Shown here piece after piece: positions 18,140 through 27,332 of a stretch of DNA of 64,000 nucleotides (positions within the stretch are counted from its first letter, which is position 1; each line of letters starts with the position of its first letter). The translations under genes were made by a program, and so were the position numbers. Location of the stretch: NCBI GenBank assembly GCA_037132255.1, contig JBAXPN010000002.1, positions 12,433-76,432 of the forward strand, given 5' to 3'. The DNA is from Candidatus Falkowbacteria bacterium (GTDB lineage: Bacteria > Patescibacteriota > Patescibacteriia > Patescibacteriales > UBA12465). The notes under the pieces are model-generated. The model made no database searches and was not told where the DNA came from. It saw only the letters and a list, made by a program, of their open reading frames with translations.

Positions 18140-19363
18140 TTATATATGCCCGCGATATTTTTCGGCGGCTAAAATTCTTTTAACAGCAATAACATAAGCG
18201 GCTTGGCGTAAAGTTATGAGTCCTTTATGTTCATCGAACTTATCATAAACACGCTCATAATTAACGCGCATTTTTTTCTCAAGCAAATCACGAAGATAGT
18301 TTTCATCAAGAATTTGTCCGGTACGATTTTGCGCCCATTCAAAATAACTAACAATAACTCCTCCGGAATTAGCGAGAATATCTGGCACGACAAGCTTTTT
18401 ATTCTGCGCTAAAATCTGATCCGCTTCGAAAGTGATCGGACCATTCGCCAATTCAATTATGTAATCAGCTTTGATATTAGCTGCATTATCTTGGCGGATT
18501 TGGTTCTCAAGGGCCGCTAACACTAAAATATCTGTTTTTAATTCTAGTAGTTCTGCATTACTTATTTTTTTACCCTCAGACCAATTTTCAACCGCCTGTC
18601 CGCTGTTTTTAAATTTAGCGAGTTCATTAATATTAAGTCCCGTCTCTTCATAAATACCACCTTTGCTATCGGAAACGGCAATTATTTTATAGCCATCGTT
18701 ATAGAGCTTCTCGGCCATAAATAAACCGGCATTCCCGAATCCCTGAACGACAACTTTTATTTCCTCTTTATGAATTAATTTATTCGATAATTCTTTAGTA
18801 ATAATATATCCGCCTTGAGCAGTCGCATCACCGCGTATGGCAATTCCGCCGAGTTCAACTGGTTTACCAGTTATCATTCCTGGCTCATGATGACCGACTT
18901 TCTTTTCAAATTCATCTAACATCCAAGACATTATTTGCCCATTTGTATAAACGTCCGGTGCCGGAACATCCTTATCTTGACCCAAATATTCGTAAAAATT
19001 GTCGACATACTTACGACTCACCTCCTCGAGCTCCGCCTTATCGGCCACTTTCGGATCAAACTTAACTCCACCCTTAGCGCCTCCGTAAGGAATATCAGCT
19101 AAGGAATTTTTTAAAGCCATCCAAAAAGCTAAAGACTTAACCTCGTCTTCACTAACATCGGGATGGAATCTGATTCCGCCCTTACCCGGACCAATAGCAC
19201 GGCTATAAATAATTCGCCAGGCAGGATATTTCTTTCCCTTGATTTCAAGTTCCGCATATTTTATTTGCACTGGCTCAAGAAGAGCGGACATTTCCGCGTC
19301 GCTTATTCCCTCTATTTTTTGCACCTCTTTTAAACGATTAAGATTATCGTCAAAAATACTCAT
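18140..19363 (-). CDS. gdhA: Glu/Leu/Phe/Val-family dehydrogenase, probable glutamate dehydrogenase
   Basis: GPGKGGIRFHP, PYGGAKGG and a VVVQGFGNAG dinucleotide fold. Confidence 0.88.
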   Translation of the reverse strand: MSIFDDNLNRLKEVQKIEGISDAEMSALLEPVQIKYAELEIKGKKYPAWRIIYSRAIGPGKGGIRFHPDVSEDEVKSLAFWMALKNSLADIPYGGAKGGVKFDPKVADKAELEEVSRKYVDNFYEYLGQDKDVPAPDVYTNGQIMSWMLDEFEKKVGHHEPGMITGKPVELGGIAIRGDATAQGGYIITKELSNKLIHKEEIKVVVQGFGNAGLFMAEKLYNDGYKIIAVSDSKGGIYEETGLNINELAKFKNSGQAVENWSEGKKISNAELLELKTDILVLAALENQIRQDNAANIKADYIIELANGPITFEADQILAQNKKLVVPDILANSGGVIVSYFEWAQNRTGQILDENYLRDLLEKKMRVNYERVYDKFDEHKGLITLRQAAYVIAVKRILAAEKYRGHI

Positions 19364-19370
19364 ATAATTA

Positions 19371-19703
19371 TTATTTAACTAGGGCCTCAATTTCACCCTT
19401 AAGGGTTTCCTTGTTTCTGAGACCAATAAATTCTCCAATCATTTTCCCGCCGTGAAATAATTTCATATTCGGAATACTTTGAATTTGATATTCCATCGCA
19501 AGGTCTTGATTATCTCCATCTTCAGTATTAACTTTAACAATCTTAACTTTGCCGGCCATCTCAACACTTAGCTCATCAAGAATTGGCGCCATCATTTGGC
19601 AAGGCATGCACCAGGTTGCCCAAAAATCTACCAATACGGGAACGTCGCTGTTTAAAACTTCAGCAGCAAAACTGCTTTTTGTAACTTCTAATGCTTTTGA
19701 CAT
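19371..19703 (-). CDS. trxA: thioredoxin (active site WCMPC)
   Basis: VLVDFWATWCMPCQMMAPILDE...PNMKLFHGGK. Length is 110 aa. Confidence 0.9.
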   Translation of the reverse strand: MSKALEVTKSSFAAEVLNSDVPVLVDFWATWCMPCQMMAPILDELSVEMAGKVKIVKVNTEDGDNQDLAMEYQIQSIPNMKLFHGGKMIGEFIGLRNKETLKGEIEALVK

Positions 19704-19707
19704 AATT

Positions 19708-19950
19708 TTATTTTTTTATAATTTCATTAAAAAATTTTGTTATTTTTTCTTTATTATTATTTTTTTTATCAAGCAGACATGAGTTAAATTCATCGGCAAT
19801 CACTGTTTCCATTAAAGATGAAGTAGCTGATTTAATTGCTTTAAGCTGAATAATTAGGGAGAAACAATCTCGCTCCTTATCATTTATCATGCGTTTAGCC
19901 CCCTCCAATTGGCCGATTATATTATTTATTCTCTGCTCATTTGTTTTCAT
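19708..19950 (-). CDS. CsoR/RcnR/FrmR-family (DUF156) metal- or thiol-sensing transcriptional repressor
   Basis: INNIIGQLEGAKRMINDKERDCFSLIIQLKAIKSATSSLMETVIADEFNSCL matches the family helix pattern with two Cys. The residue aligned by eye with the CsoR His (4 residues before the second Cys) is Glu. Confidence 0.8.
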   Translation of the reverse strand: MKTNEQRINNIIGQLEGAKRMINDKERDCFSLIIQLKAIKSATSSLMETVIADEFNSCLLDKKNNNKEKITKFFNEIIKK

Positions 19951-19966
19951 AAATTAATTATACCAT

Positions 19967-19983
19967 ACACCCCCAGGGGGTGT
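19967..19983. promoter_or_regulatory. candidate CsoR-family operator, perfect palindrome ACACCCCC-A-GGGGGTGT
   Basis: 17-bp dyad located 17 nt upstream of the repressor start codon. C-tract/G-tract inverted repeats are the known operator type for this family. Confidence 0.6.
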
Positions 19984-20054
19984 CAAGATATTTATAAAAA
20001 GACCGGTTATTTTAACCGGCCAGAATTTTTTCCTAAAATTAGCCATTAGAAGGG

Positions 20055-20843
20055 CTAGCTTATCCAGGCTTCGTCTTTAGTTAAACAAATAGCCATTTTT
20101 TTCTGAACTCGAACTTTATCTTCGGAAAGAAAATTTATCTTTCCATCAATAATGCCAACGCAAACTTCATCGAGATGACCATTGATCACACTTGTCCGGT
20201 AAAAGAGGTCTGGCGCTTTTTGACCAAGTCGGTGAAGAGTTAAAAGAAGCTCGACCGTCAGATTAAAATCCAAGCGAGAACATTCTCTTGGCTGTGCTTC
20301 TTTTTCAAAATTCGGGCTACGGTTAGACAAAGGGTTCTCTAAGCTAATAAGATAACAGCCAGCAACATTTGTTTGCCGGTCATTAACATATTTTCCCCAA
20401 TTATGGTCAGGAAATCTCTTGGCCATTTCATAAACGGATAAGCCGCGAAGATAAACTTTTTGAAAAACATAAGCTGAGTCGGAAAAAACTTGGTTCTTAC
20501 TTGTCGTTGAGCTCACTGGTAAATTTTTTTCTTTCTCGCTCCAGCTTCCCCAGACCCTTTCGCTTTGCAAATAGGAAATTGTAAGCGGGTTAGTCAATCG
20601 ATACTCTTTATCTTCTCCATCGGTCGTGCTTATTCCCTTTTTTCTTTCCTTTTTTTGTTTTCTTCTAACCTTTTTACCGTCTTTTTCTAACGACTCTAAG
20701 ATTGCAATCAAGATATCGTTAGTTACAATTTCATTCTTTATTAGATTTTCGAAGCGAACAATAATCTCCGGATCTAATACTTCTCGTTCGGCAACATTAG
20801 TTTCAGGCATATATCGGGATTTTAGGATTATTTTATTTTTCAA
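20055..20843 (-). CDS. hypothetical protein
   Basis: 262-aa ORF with no recognised family. A hairpin CCGGTT-AAAA-TAACCGG plus T-rich tail follows downstream, at about 20000-20025. Confidence 0.45.
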   Translation of the reverse strand: MKNKIILKSRYMPETNVAEREVLDPEIIVRFENLIKNEIVTNDILIAILESLEKDGKKVRRKQKKERKKGISTTDGEDKEYRLTNPLTISYLQSERVWGSWSEKEKNLPVSSTTSKNQVFSDSAYVFQKVYLRGLSVYEMAKRFPDHNWGKYVNDRQTNVAGCYLISLENPLSNRSPNFEKEAQPRECSRLDFNLTVELLLTLHRLGQKAPDLFYRTSVINGHLDEVCVGIIDGKINFLSEDKVRVQKKMAICLTKDEAWIS

Positions 20844-20864
20844 GAACTTTTGTCTATTCTATAT

Positions 20865-21590
20865 TTATATTTTCTTTTCTAAGATTAACCAGAAATTATA
20901 TTTATCACGGTAAAGTCGCAAAATTCTAAAACCGGCTAATCGGGATAATTTCTTTAATTCTTTTTTAGTATAGGCGTGGTAATAGCGCTCGCTTACTTTT
21001 TGTCCGGAAGAACTCTTCCAGGAAAACAATAAATCATTATAATCTAACTCATATTTTCCTAAAATCTTAAGCCAAAAGTTCTTTAAAAGCAAGGGGCGAT
21101 GTTTCGGGCTGCTCCAGAGATTCCAATTACTGATAATTATCTGCCCAGAATCGCTTAACTTGGCTTTCATTTGCTGTAAGGCCTTGATCCTTAATTCACG
21201 GCTTGGAATATGCTGAAGAACAGCTAAACAAAAAATATAATCAAAGTTATTATCAGCTATTTTATCTAAATTTAATATATCTGCTATTAGAAATTGCTGA
21301 GTAGGATAATTTTCTTTTGCTAATTTAATTAGCGCCTCGCTATTATCTAAGCCTAAATATTTAATTTTTTTTTCGCCCATTGCCTCTAGTAAGCGCCCGT
21401 TACCACAGCCTAAATCTAAAACACTTTTATCCGTTTTTACTTTCTCGGCTAAGTTTCTAATCTCCGGCCAAATCTCCTTTTTTCTGGTAGCATCAAAACT
21501 CGCAGCAATTTCCTGATAATTACGCTTAACGAGATCGAGAATATCTTGAGCTTTTTTTGTTTCCATTTTTTTAATTCGAGGATAAGACAA
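20865..21590 (-). CDS. class I SAM-dependent methyltransferase
   Basis: VLDLGCGNGRLL (motif I) and DYIFCLAVLQHI (motif II/III region). Confidence 0.8.
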   Translation of the reverse strand: MSYPRIKKMETKKAQDILDLVKRNYQEIAASFDATRKKEIWPEIRNLAEKVKTDKSVLDLGCGNGRLLEAMGEKKIKYLGLDNSEALIKLAKENYPTQQFLIADILNLDKIADNNFDYIFCLAVLQHIPSRELRIKALQQMKAKLSDSGQIIISNWNLWSSPKHRPLLLKNFWLKILGKYELDYNDLLFSWKSSSGQKVSERYYHAYTKKELKKLSRLAGFRILRLYRDKYNFWLILEKKI

Positions 21591-21594
21591 TCCC

Positions 21595-23379
21595 CTAAAA
21601 ACTTAAATACTGTTTTTTAGTATAATCTTCGCCACCGCGTGCCTTAACCTGATTAACTTTCAAGCAGCCATCACATTGTCCGCAAGGCTTAGCTTTTGAG
21701 TCGCCGAAATAATTTAAGATATAGCTCTGACGACAACCCAAATGATAAACATAATTTTCCATCTCACTTAATTTTTCATAAGCGCGATCAGCTTTCGCAC
21801 GAAGCTCCTTAAAGTTTAAATTTAAGTCTTCAGGCTCAACAACCTTTAGTATTTTAATTTCCGTTCCGCGAAAAGGTGGTTTATATTCAACAAGATCTTT
21901 TTCCGCTAACTTTTTAATTGTGCGCAGAAGCGAATCTTTCTTTACTTTTAAAACAACCGCGACTTCTTCCGGATTAAAATCCCATCCCTCTAATAATTCC
22001 TGAGCGTATTTACGGCCTAAATTTTCGACAACTTCAATTTGGCTCTTGGCGCGTTTGCTAATAGATGCGGCGACTTCCTCCCAGGGTTTTTTCGCTTTTA
22101 GATATGAAACCGAATTCTTTTCATTCGGACGAGAAAGATAGCCTTCTCTCTCTAAAATTTTAAGGGCCGTGCCAATTGCCATTTCCGGAACAGAATCAGA
22201 TAAGTTCTGTGATATCTCAGCATAGGTAATTAAAATTGAGTCATTCGTATCAACTTCAAAACCGGCGCGACGAAGCAAGAAATCATAAATTTCAATAATC
22301 ATGTTCGGATCTGGATTATCGCCTTTGATAAAAAATTCCCGGAGGTATCTATCTTGTTGATGATAAAATAATAAACAAAAACTCGGGAGACCGTCGCGAC
22401 CAGCGCGACCCGCTTCTTGATAATAAGCTTCAATGGTCCCCGGTAAATCATGATGAATAACGAAGCGTATATCTTTTTTATTTATGCCTAATCCAAAAGC
22501 GTTAGTTGCAACGACAACCTGCGCTTCTCCTGACATAAATTTATTTTGTACCCAATCGCGACTCTCGGCGTCCATGCCGGCGTGATAAACAACCGCCTTA
22601 ACATCATGATCCATCAAAACTTCAACAATTTCATCCGCTTTATTTCTTGTGCCAACATAAATAATTCCCGAGCCTAATTCCGAATTTGTCGTTAGTAGAT
22701 TTACAATACTTTCAATTTTTTGGCTATTAGCTGCTGGCATAACCGCAAATTGTAAATTTGGTCGCGCAAAGCCAGTAATTACTAAATCCGATTCATTGAG
22801 CGCTAATTGTTTAACAATATCGTCTCGCACTTCCGGAGTCGCCGTCGCAGTCAGAGCAACAACAACTGGAGAACCAACCATTTTAATCGCATCTTTAAGA
22901 CGCATATAGCTTGGGCGAAAATCGTGACCCCATTGGCTGATGCAATGCGCTTCGTCGATGGCAAACAATGAAACTTTCAGAGCTTTTAATTCAGTAATAA
23001 ATATTTGATTATAAAAACGCTCAGGAGCAATATAAATAATTTTATAATACCCGCTGCGTATTCGCGCTAGTCTTTTTTCGGTTTCATCTGGGGAAATAGA
23101 GGAATTAATAAACGTTGCTGGTATCCCAACTTTCTCCAATGAGTCGACCTGATCTTTCATTAAGGCAATAAGAGGCGAAACAACGATTGTGATTCCCTCT
23201 AATATTAAGGCGGGTAATTGATAGATTAGAGATTTTCCGCCGCCGGTCGGCAGAACGACAACTGTATTTTTCTTATGCAAAATATTATCAATGGCTCTTT
23301 CTTGACCAGGACGAAAAGACTCATAGCCAAAATGAATCTTAAGTAATTCCTTTAATTGTTGCTTCTGTTTCTCTATCAT
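21595..23379 (-). CDS. recQ: ATP-dependent DNA helicase RecQ
   Basis: PTGGGKSLIYQLP (Walker A), FAIDEAHCISQWGHDFRPSY (DEAH box), TNAFGLGINKKDIRFVIH, and a Cys cluster ending CGQCDGC. Confidence 0.9.
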   Translation of the reverse strand: MIEKQKQQLKELLKIHFGYESFRPGQERAIDNILHKKNTVVVLPTGGGKSLIYQLPALILEGITIVVSPLIALMKDQVDSLEKVGIPATFINSSISPDETEKRLARIRSGYYKIIYIAPERFYNQIFITELKALKVSLFAIDEAHCISQWGHDFRPSYMRLKDAIKMVGSPVVVALTATATPEVRDDIVKQLALNESDLVITGFARPNLQFAVMPAANSQKIESIVNLLTTNSELGSGIIYVGTRNKADEIVEVLMDHDVKAVVYHAGMDAESRDWVQNKFMSGEAQVVVATNAFGLGINKKDIRFVIHHDLPGTIEAYYQEAGRAGRDGLPSFCLLFYHQQDRYLREFFIKGDNPDPNMIIEIYDFLLRRAGFEVDTNDSILITYAEISQNLSDSVPEMAIGTALKILEREGYLSRPNEKNSVSYLKAKKPWEEVAASISKRAKSQIEVVENLGRKYAQELLEGWDFNPEEVAVVLKVKKDSLLRTIKKLAEKDLVEYKPPFRGTEIKILKVVEPEDLNLNFKELRAKADRAYEKLSEMENYVYHLGCRQSYILNYFGDSKAKPCGQCDGCLKVNQVKARGGEDYTKKQYLSF

Positions 23380-23407
23380 TGACTTATTTTAAATAATGTG
23401 GTATATT
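23379..23407 (+). promoter_or_regulatory. sigma70-like promoter TTGACT-N17-TATATT with TG extension
   Basis: TTGACT at 23379-23384 and TGgTATATT ending at 23407, about 29 nt before the ATG at 23436. Confidence 0.5.
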
Positions 23408-23435
23408 AATTGGAACCCTAAAACTTGTTCTTTAT

Positions 23436-23633
23436 ATGAAACAAATACGATTACTGGTAATTCTGTTTACCACTCTGGGCACCGCTTTATTATTTGGTGC
23501 TGCCGGCCTTCTTTTTCAGAAAATGGTTTTATCAATGCCAAAAATTGATTATATCAGCGTTGCTTCTTTTGGCATCACTGGCGTCTTCTTTCTTATCGTC
23601 GCCATTGTCACAAAGAGGCAAATCGTTGCATAG
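23436..23633 (+). CDS. small membrane protein (2 TM)
   Basis: 65-aa ORF with two hydrophobic helices, preceded by a good promoter. Confidence 0.4.
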   Translation: MKQIRLLVILFTTLGTALLFGAAGLLFQKMVLSMPKIDYISVASFGITGVFFLIVAIVTKRQIVA

Positions 23634-23664
23634 CAATAAGCACGCCAAGTCTCTACCGACCCTT

Positions 23665-24474
23665 TTATCTAGGGCCGGTATTTTTTTGTTTGGCCTTGAA
23701 AATTTCCAATACGTTTTTAAAGAGAAACGCAATTGTCATTGGGCCAATGCCGCCGGGAACCGGCGTAATATATGAAGCTTTGTTTTTTAAATCTTCAAAG
23801 TCGGCATCACCTAATACTTTATCATCGCGCTTAGTAATCCCAATATCAATTATTACTGCTTTATCTTTAATCATTTCCTTTTTAATAAAGTGGGGCTTGC
23901 CTAAAGCACTCACAATTAAATCCGCTTCTTCAGAATTCTCTTTTAAAGAAACTCGCATTCCCTTTTCTTCTAAAAGTTTTTTTACGCTTAGTCCAAAAAT
24001 ATCCGAGTTGTGCAGCACACAAGCGGTTTTATTTTCAAAATCGAAATTAATTTCTTCTAGGCAGGCGAGAATAGAAGCCAGGACTGGGGACATAACATAA
24101 TAGGGATGATCCTCATGAAAACCATCAGCATCTTTCAGAGGGTCAATGGCGGCTATAATTTTATCAGTATCAAATTGTGGCGGTAAAGGAAGTTGGACAA
24201 GAATCCCGTCTATTAAATCATCAACGTTTAAAAAACCAATCACTTTTAATAATTCTTCTTCCGTCGCATTTTCTTCGAGTTCGTATAAATGGGTGTCGAC
24301 GCCAACCTTAATTCCCTCTTTTTGCTTCAAAGAAACATAGAGCTTCGAGTCTTCCCTTTCGCCAACTAAAATAATGGCCAAGTTTGGTCTTGGTCCATTA
24401 AGTTTAAATATTTGTGTTGCTATTTGATCCTTAAATTTTTCGGCAATTGCGTGACCGTCTATTTTTTTTACCAT
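23665..24474 (-). CDS. folD: bifunctional methylenetetrahydrofolate dehydrogenase/methenyl-THF cyclohydrolase FolD
   Basis: MVKKIDGHAIAEKFKDQI..., LVGEREDSKLYV and TPVPGGIGPMT. The Met at 24474 is chosen over the track start at 24516 because it removes the overlap with glyA. Confidence 0.9.
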   Translation of the reverse strand: MVKKIDGHAIAEKFKDQIATQIFKLNGPRPNLAIILVGEREDSKLYVSLKQKEGIKVGVDTHLYELEENATEEELLKVIGFLNVDDLIDGILVQLPLPPQFDTDKIIAAIDPLKDADGFHEDHPYYVMSPVLASILACLEEINFDFENKTACVLHNSDIFGLSVKKLLEEKGMRVSLKENSEEADLIVSALGKPHFIKKEMIKDKAVIIDIGITKRDDKVLGDADFEDLKNKASYITPVPGGIGPMTIAFLFKNVLEIFKAKQKNTGPR

Positions 24475-24475
24475 A

Positions 24476-25720
24476 TTATTTTGTTGGGACGGGAAACTTA
24501 GCGCACAGCTCTTCAACTTTATGCTTTAATTCTAAAAGTTTCTCCTCATTATCTTTATTTATTATCGCCTCATTAATATAAGCAACAATTAATTTCATTT
24601 CTCCTTCTTTCATGCCGCGAGTTGTAATCGCCGGTGTACCGATTCTGATTCCCGATGGATTCATTGGCGGATTAGGATCATTTGGAATAGTCGAACGCGA
24701 AACAGAAACTCCTATCTTTTCTAGTGCTTTTTCTGCCTCTTTGCCAACCAGCTCTTTATTATTTAAATCTATTACCATTAAATGATTATCTGTCCCTCCG
24801 GAAATAATACGATAGCCGAGAGAAATAAATTCCGCGGCCATAGCTTGCGCATTTAATATTATCTGTTTTGAATATTCAATAAACTCTGGCTTTAAGGCTT
24901 CGCCAAAAGCAATCGCCTTAGCAGCCGTGATATGATCATGCGGACCGCCCTGCATGCCTGGGAACACAGCACTATTAACTTGCTTGGCAAATTGCTCCTT
25001 GCACATAATAATCGCACCACGTGGACCACGGAGAGTTTTATGGGTCGTTGTTGAGACAACATCAAATATCGGAACTGGATTCTTTAATTGCTTACCTGCG
25101 ATTAATCCGGCGATATGAGCAATATCAGCAAAAGTATAGGCTCCAATTTCATCGGCAATATCTTTAAATTTCTGCCAATCAATTTCTCGAGAATAGGCAG
25201 AGAAACCAGCAACTATCATTTTTGGCTTTTCTCGCAGTGCAATTTCCCTGACTTCATCCATATTAATAATTCCCGTTTGTGCGTCAACGCCGTATTGAAC
25301 AAAATTATATAGACGTCCAGAAAAATTAACACTGTGCCCATGAGATAAATGACCACCGTGATCAAGCTTTAGTCCTAATACTTTATCGCCCGGATTTAAG
25401 AAGGCCATGTAGACCGCGGCGTTAGCTGGTGAGCCAGATAAAGGCTGAACATTAACATGTTCCGCATTAAATAATTGCTTAACCCGCTCTATCGCTAAGG
25501 TTTCAATTTCATCAATATTATAATTACCACCATAATAGCGCTTGCCACTATAGCCCTCACTATATTTATTAGTCAAAACCGTTGCCATAGCTTCCAGGAC
25601 CGCCGGGCTAACATAATTTTCCGAGGCAATTAGCTCGATTTCTTCATTTTGCCGTTTTTCTTCCTTCTCAATTATCTCCCAAACGGCAGGGTCTTGTTGT
25701 TTTAAGTGGTCATATTTCAT
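24476..25720 (-). CDS. glyA: serine hydroxymethyltransferase
   Basis: ELIASENYVS, and TTTHKTLRGPRG containing the PLP lysine. Length is 414 aa. Confidence 0.95.
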   Translation of the reverse strand: MKYDHLKQQDPAVWEIIEKEEKRQNEEIELIASENYVSPAVLEAMATVLTNKYSEGYSGKRYYGGNYNIDEIETLAIERVKQLFNAEHVNVQPLSGSPANAAVYMAFLNPGDKVLGLKLDHGGHLSHGHSVNFSGRLYNFVQYGVDAQTGIINMDEVREIALREKPKMIVAGFSAYSREIDWQKFKDIADEIGAYTFADIAHIAGLIAGKQLKNPVPIFDVVSTTTHKTLRGPRGAIIMCKEQFAKQVNSAVFPGMQGGPHDHITAAKAIAFGEALKPEFIEYSKQIILNAQAMAAEFISLGYRIISGGTDNHLMVIDLNNKELVGKEAEKALEKIGVSVSRSTIPNDPNPPMNPSGIRIGTPAITTRGMKEGEMKLIVAYINEAIINKDNEEKLLELKHKVEELCAKFPVPTK

Positions 25721-25766
25721 ATTATTAATCTTAATTTAAAGGAGCCCCTTTGTCAAAAGGCTTTTT

Positions 25767-26465
25767 TTATTTAATCCGCCTAAATAAAGGCCAATACATA
25801 TCTTCTTCGATATCTATTTTCAACTCTTTTTTATTAATTTTTTCACAATATTTTATTGGCGCCTCTTTAATTAATGCGAGGGGCATTCTTTCATCGCCCT
25901 CGCCCATACAAAGGACTGCGGCCGTTGCTAAACTGTCAGCAACATCTACCTGAGAATACTTAAAAGGGCGGCCAAAAATATCTAAAGTATTCTTATAGCT
26001 TTTAAGCCCCTCAAAACCAGCGTAGCCTAAAGCGACGCCAGTTATTCCAGCTCTTAGTGGCAGACAACGACTATCAGTAATAATTACGCCCATTTCTTTT
26101 AATTTATATTTACTACAAAAATATTTTCTTATTTTATCAGCGGCTTTAAAACTATCAGCCGGCAAGAGAATAATATTGCCATCAGCATTATTTTCGTCGA
26201 CTCCAGCGTTAGCCATCACGACACCATTCTTAATAGTTAATAAAACATGTTTTGTTTGTAAGGAAAATTCACATTCTCCTTTAATTATTTTTTCTTTGCT
26301 TGCTTCATTAATATATTTTACTAATCTCCCTTCAGCGAGCGCAACAATTTTCGAAGTAACAACTAAAATACTTCTTTCCGAAATGCTAGGCAGATATTTT
26401 TCAATAAATATTAAGAGGTTTTCATTAGGCTTGAATATTCTTGTTTTAATTGCTTTTATTTTCAT
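25767..26465 (-). CDS. CofE-like gamma-glutamyl ligase family protein (F420-0:gamma-glutamyl ligase fold), possible folate-related ligase
   Basis: ILVVTSKIVALAEGRLV, MANAGVDENNADGNIILLP and GVIITDSRCLPLRAGITGVALGYAG match the CofE/FbiB N-terminal family pattern. Located immediately downstream of glyA-folD. Confidence 0.7.
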   Translation of the reverse strand: MKIKAIKTRIFKPNENLLIFIEKYLPSISERSILVVTSKIVALAEGRLVKYINEASKEKIIKGECEFSLQTKHVLLTIKNGVVMANAGVDENNADGNIILLPADSFKAADKIRKYFCSKYKLKEMGVIITDSRCLPLRAGITGVALGYAGFEGLKSYKNTLDIFGRPFKYSQVDVADSLATAAVLCMGEGDERMPLALIKEAPIKYCEKINKKELKIDIEEDMYWPLFRRIK

Positions 26466-27087
26466 ACTTTAAAAGATAAATACCTAAATAAGATAAAGGG
26501 GTATATAAAAATCCCATAATAACTTTATAGACAAACCAGGGTGCCCCGATGAGTAACATTGTTTTTGGAGAATAAATTCCAGCGAAAGCAACAATCATAA
26601 AAACCATTGTATCGAGTAGTTGCGACCAGAGATTTGAAAGATTTGATTGCAACCAAAACGCCTTATCTTTTAATTTCTTTTTGAAAAAGAAAAAAGCAGC
26701 GACGTCCTGATACTCTGCTATTATATATGCGGCAAGTGAGGCGAGAGACATACGCAAAGATATTCCAAAAATTGTATTAAAACTATCTTTGAATTTTAAG
26801 CCGCTATCTGCCCAGGGCAAGGCAAGCGAAAGAAGCGAATAAATCATGAAGAGACAAATACTAATAAACCCCGCCAAAACAAAGCTTCTCGCCATTTGTT
26901 TGCCATATACTTGACCGATAACATCAGTTGTTAAAAAGACGAAAGGGAAAAAGAATACTGCGACTGATAAATTCGTCCCGAAAATGCATGGCATTATTTT
27001 AAGACCCAAGGTATTGGCGGCGAGCAAAGAGATAAGATAAAGAACGAGCGCAATTAATATTTTTAAGTTTATTTTTTCATTACACAT
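26446..27087 (-). CDS. yhhQ: YhhQ/VUT-family queuosine-precursor transporter
   Basis: FFPFVFLTTDVIGQVYGK...AYIIAEYQDV...LDTMVFMIVAF, the DUF165/YhhQ signature, with 6 TM helices. Confidence 0.8.
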   Translation of the reverse strand: MCNEKINLKILIALVLYLISLLAANTLGLKIMPCIFGTNLSVAVFFFPFVFLTTDVIGQVYGKQMARSFVLAGFISICLFMIYSLLSLALPWADSGLKFKDSFNTIFGISLRMSLASLAAYIIAEYQDVAAFFFFKKKLKDKAFWLQSNLSNLWSQLLDTMVFMIVAFAGIYSPKTMLLIGAPWFVYKVIMGFLYTPLSYLGIYLLKYENKSN

Positions 27088-27105
27088 AGAACAGGATTAT
27101 TAAAT

Positions 27106-27131
27106 AAAAAAACGTCCCGGAAGGACGTTTT
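27106..27131 (-). terminator. intrinsic terminator / attenuator 18 nt upstream of the yhhQ start
   Basis: Minus strand: AACGTCC-TTCCG-GGACGTT followed by T7. The upstream segment CCTGGAAG (complement of 27147-27154) can pair with CTTCCGGG inside this hairpin, giving an alternative structure. Confidence 0.55.
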
Positions 27132-27280
27132 AAATAAAATAAAAGTCTTCCAGGTTTACAGAAATAATCTAGTAGATGAGAATCCCGACCAAGTTGTGAT
27201 GTTTTTCGTTATCAGCATACTGACAAGGTAGCATATTTAAAACAAAAAAACAAACAAATATATCCACAGCCGGGGCAATT

Positions 27281-27303
27281 AAAAAACCTGTCGGATGACA
27301 GGT
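27281..27303 (-). terminator. intrinsic terminator of the 27333..28097 gene
   Basis: Minus strand: ACCTGTC-ATCC-GACAGGT followed by T6. Confidence 0.65.
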
Positions 27304-27332
27304 TTATTGATTTAATAAATTTTAATGTTTCT

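Noticed and set aside
27136-27280. Attempt to match the preQ1-I aptamer (5-bp P1, C-containing loop, A-rich tail ...AAAAAACUA) in the yhhQ leader, for example at GTCAG-TATG-CTGAT-AACGAAAAACAT.
   Set aside because: The loop is far too short (4 nt) and the conserved nucleotides do not line up. I kept only the terminator/antiterminator observation and did not make a named riboswitch call.
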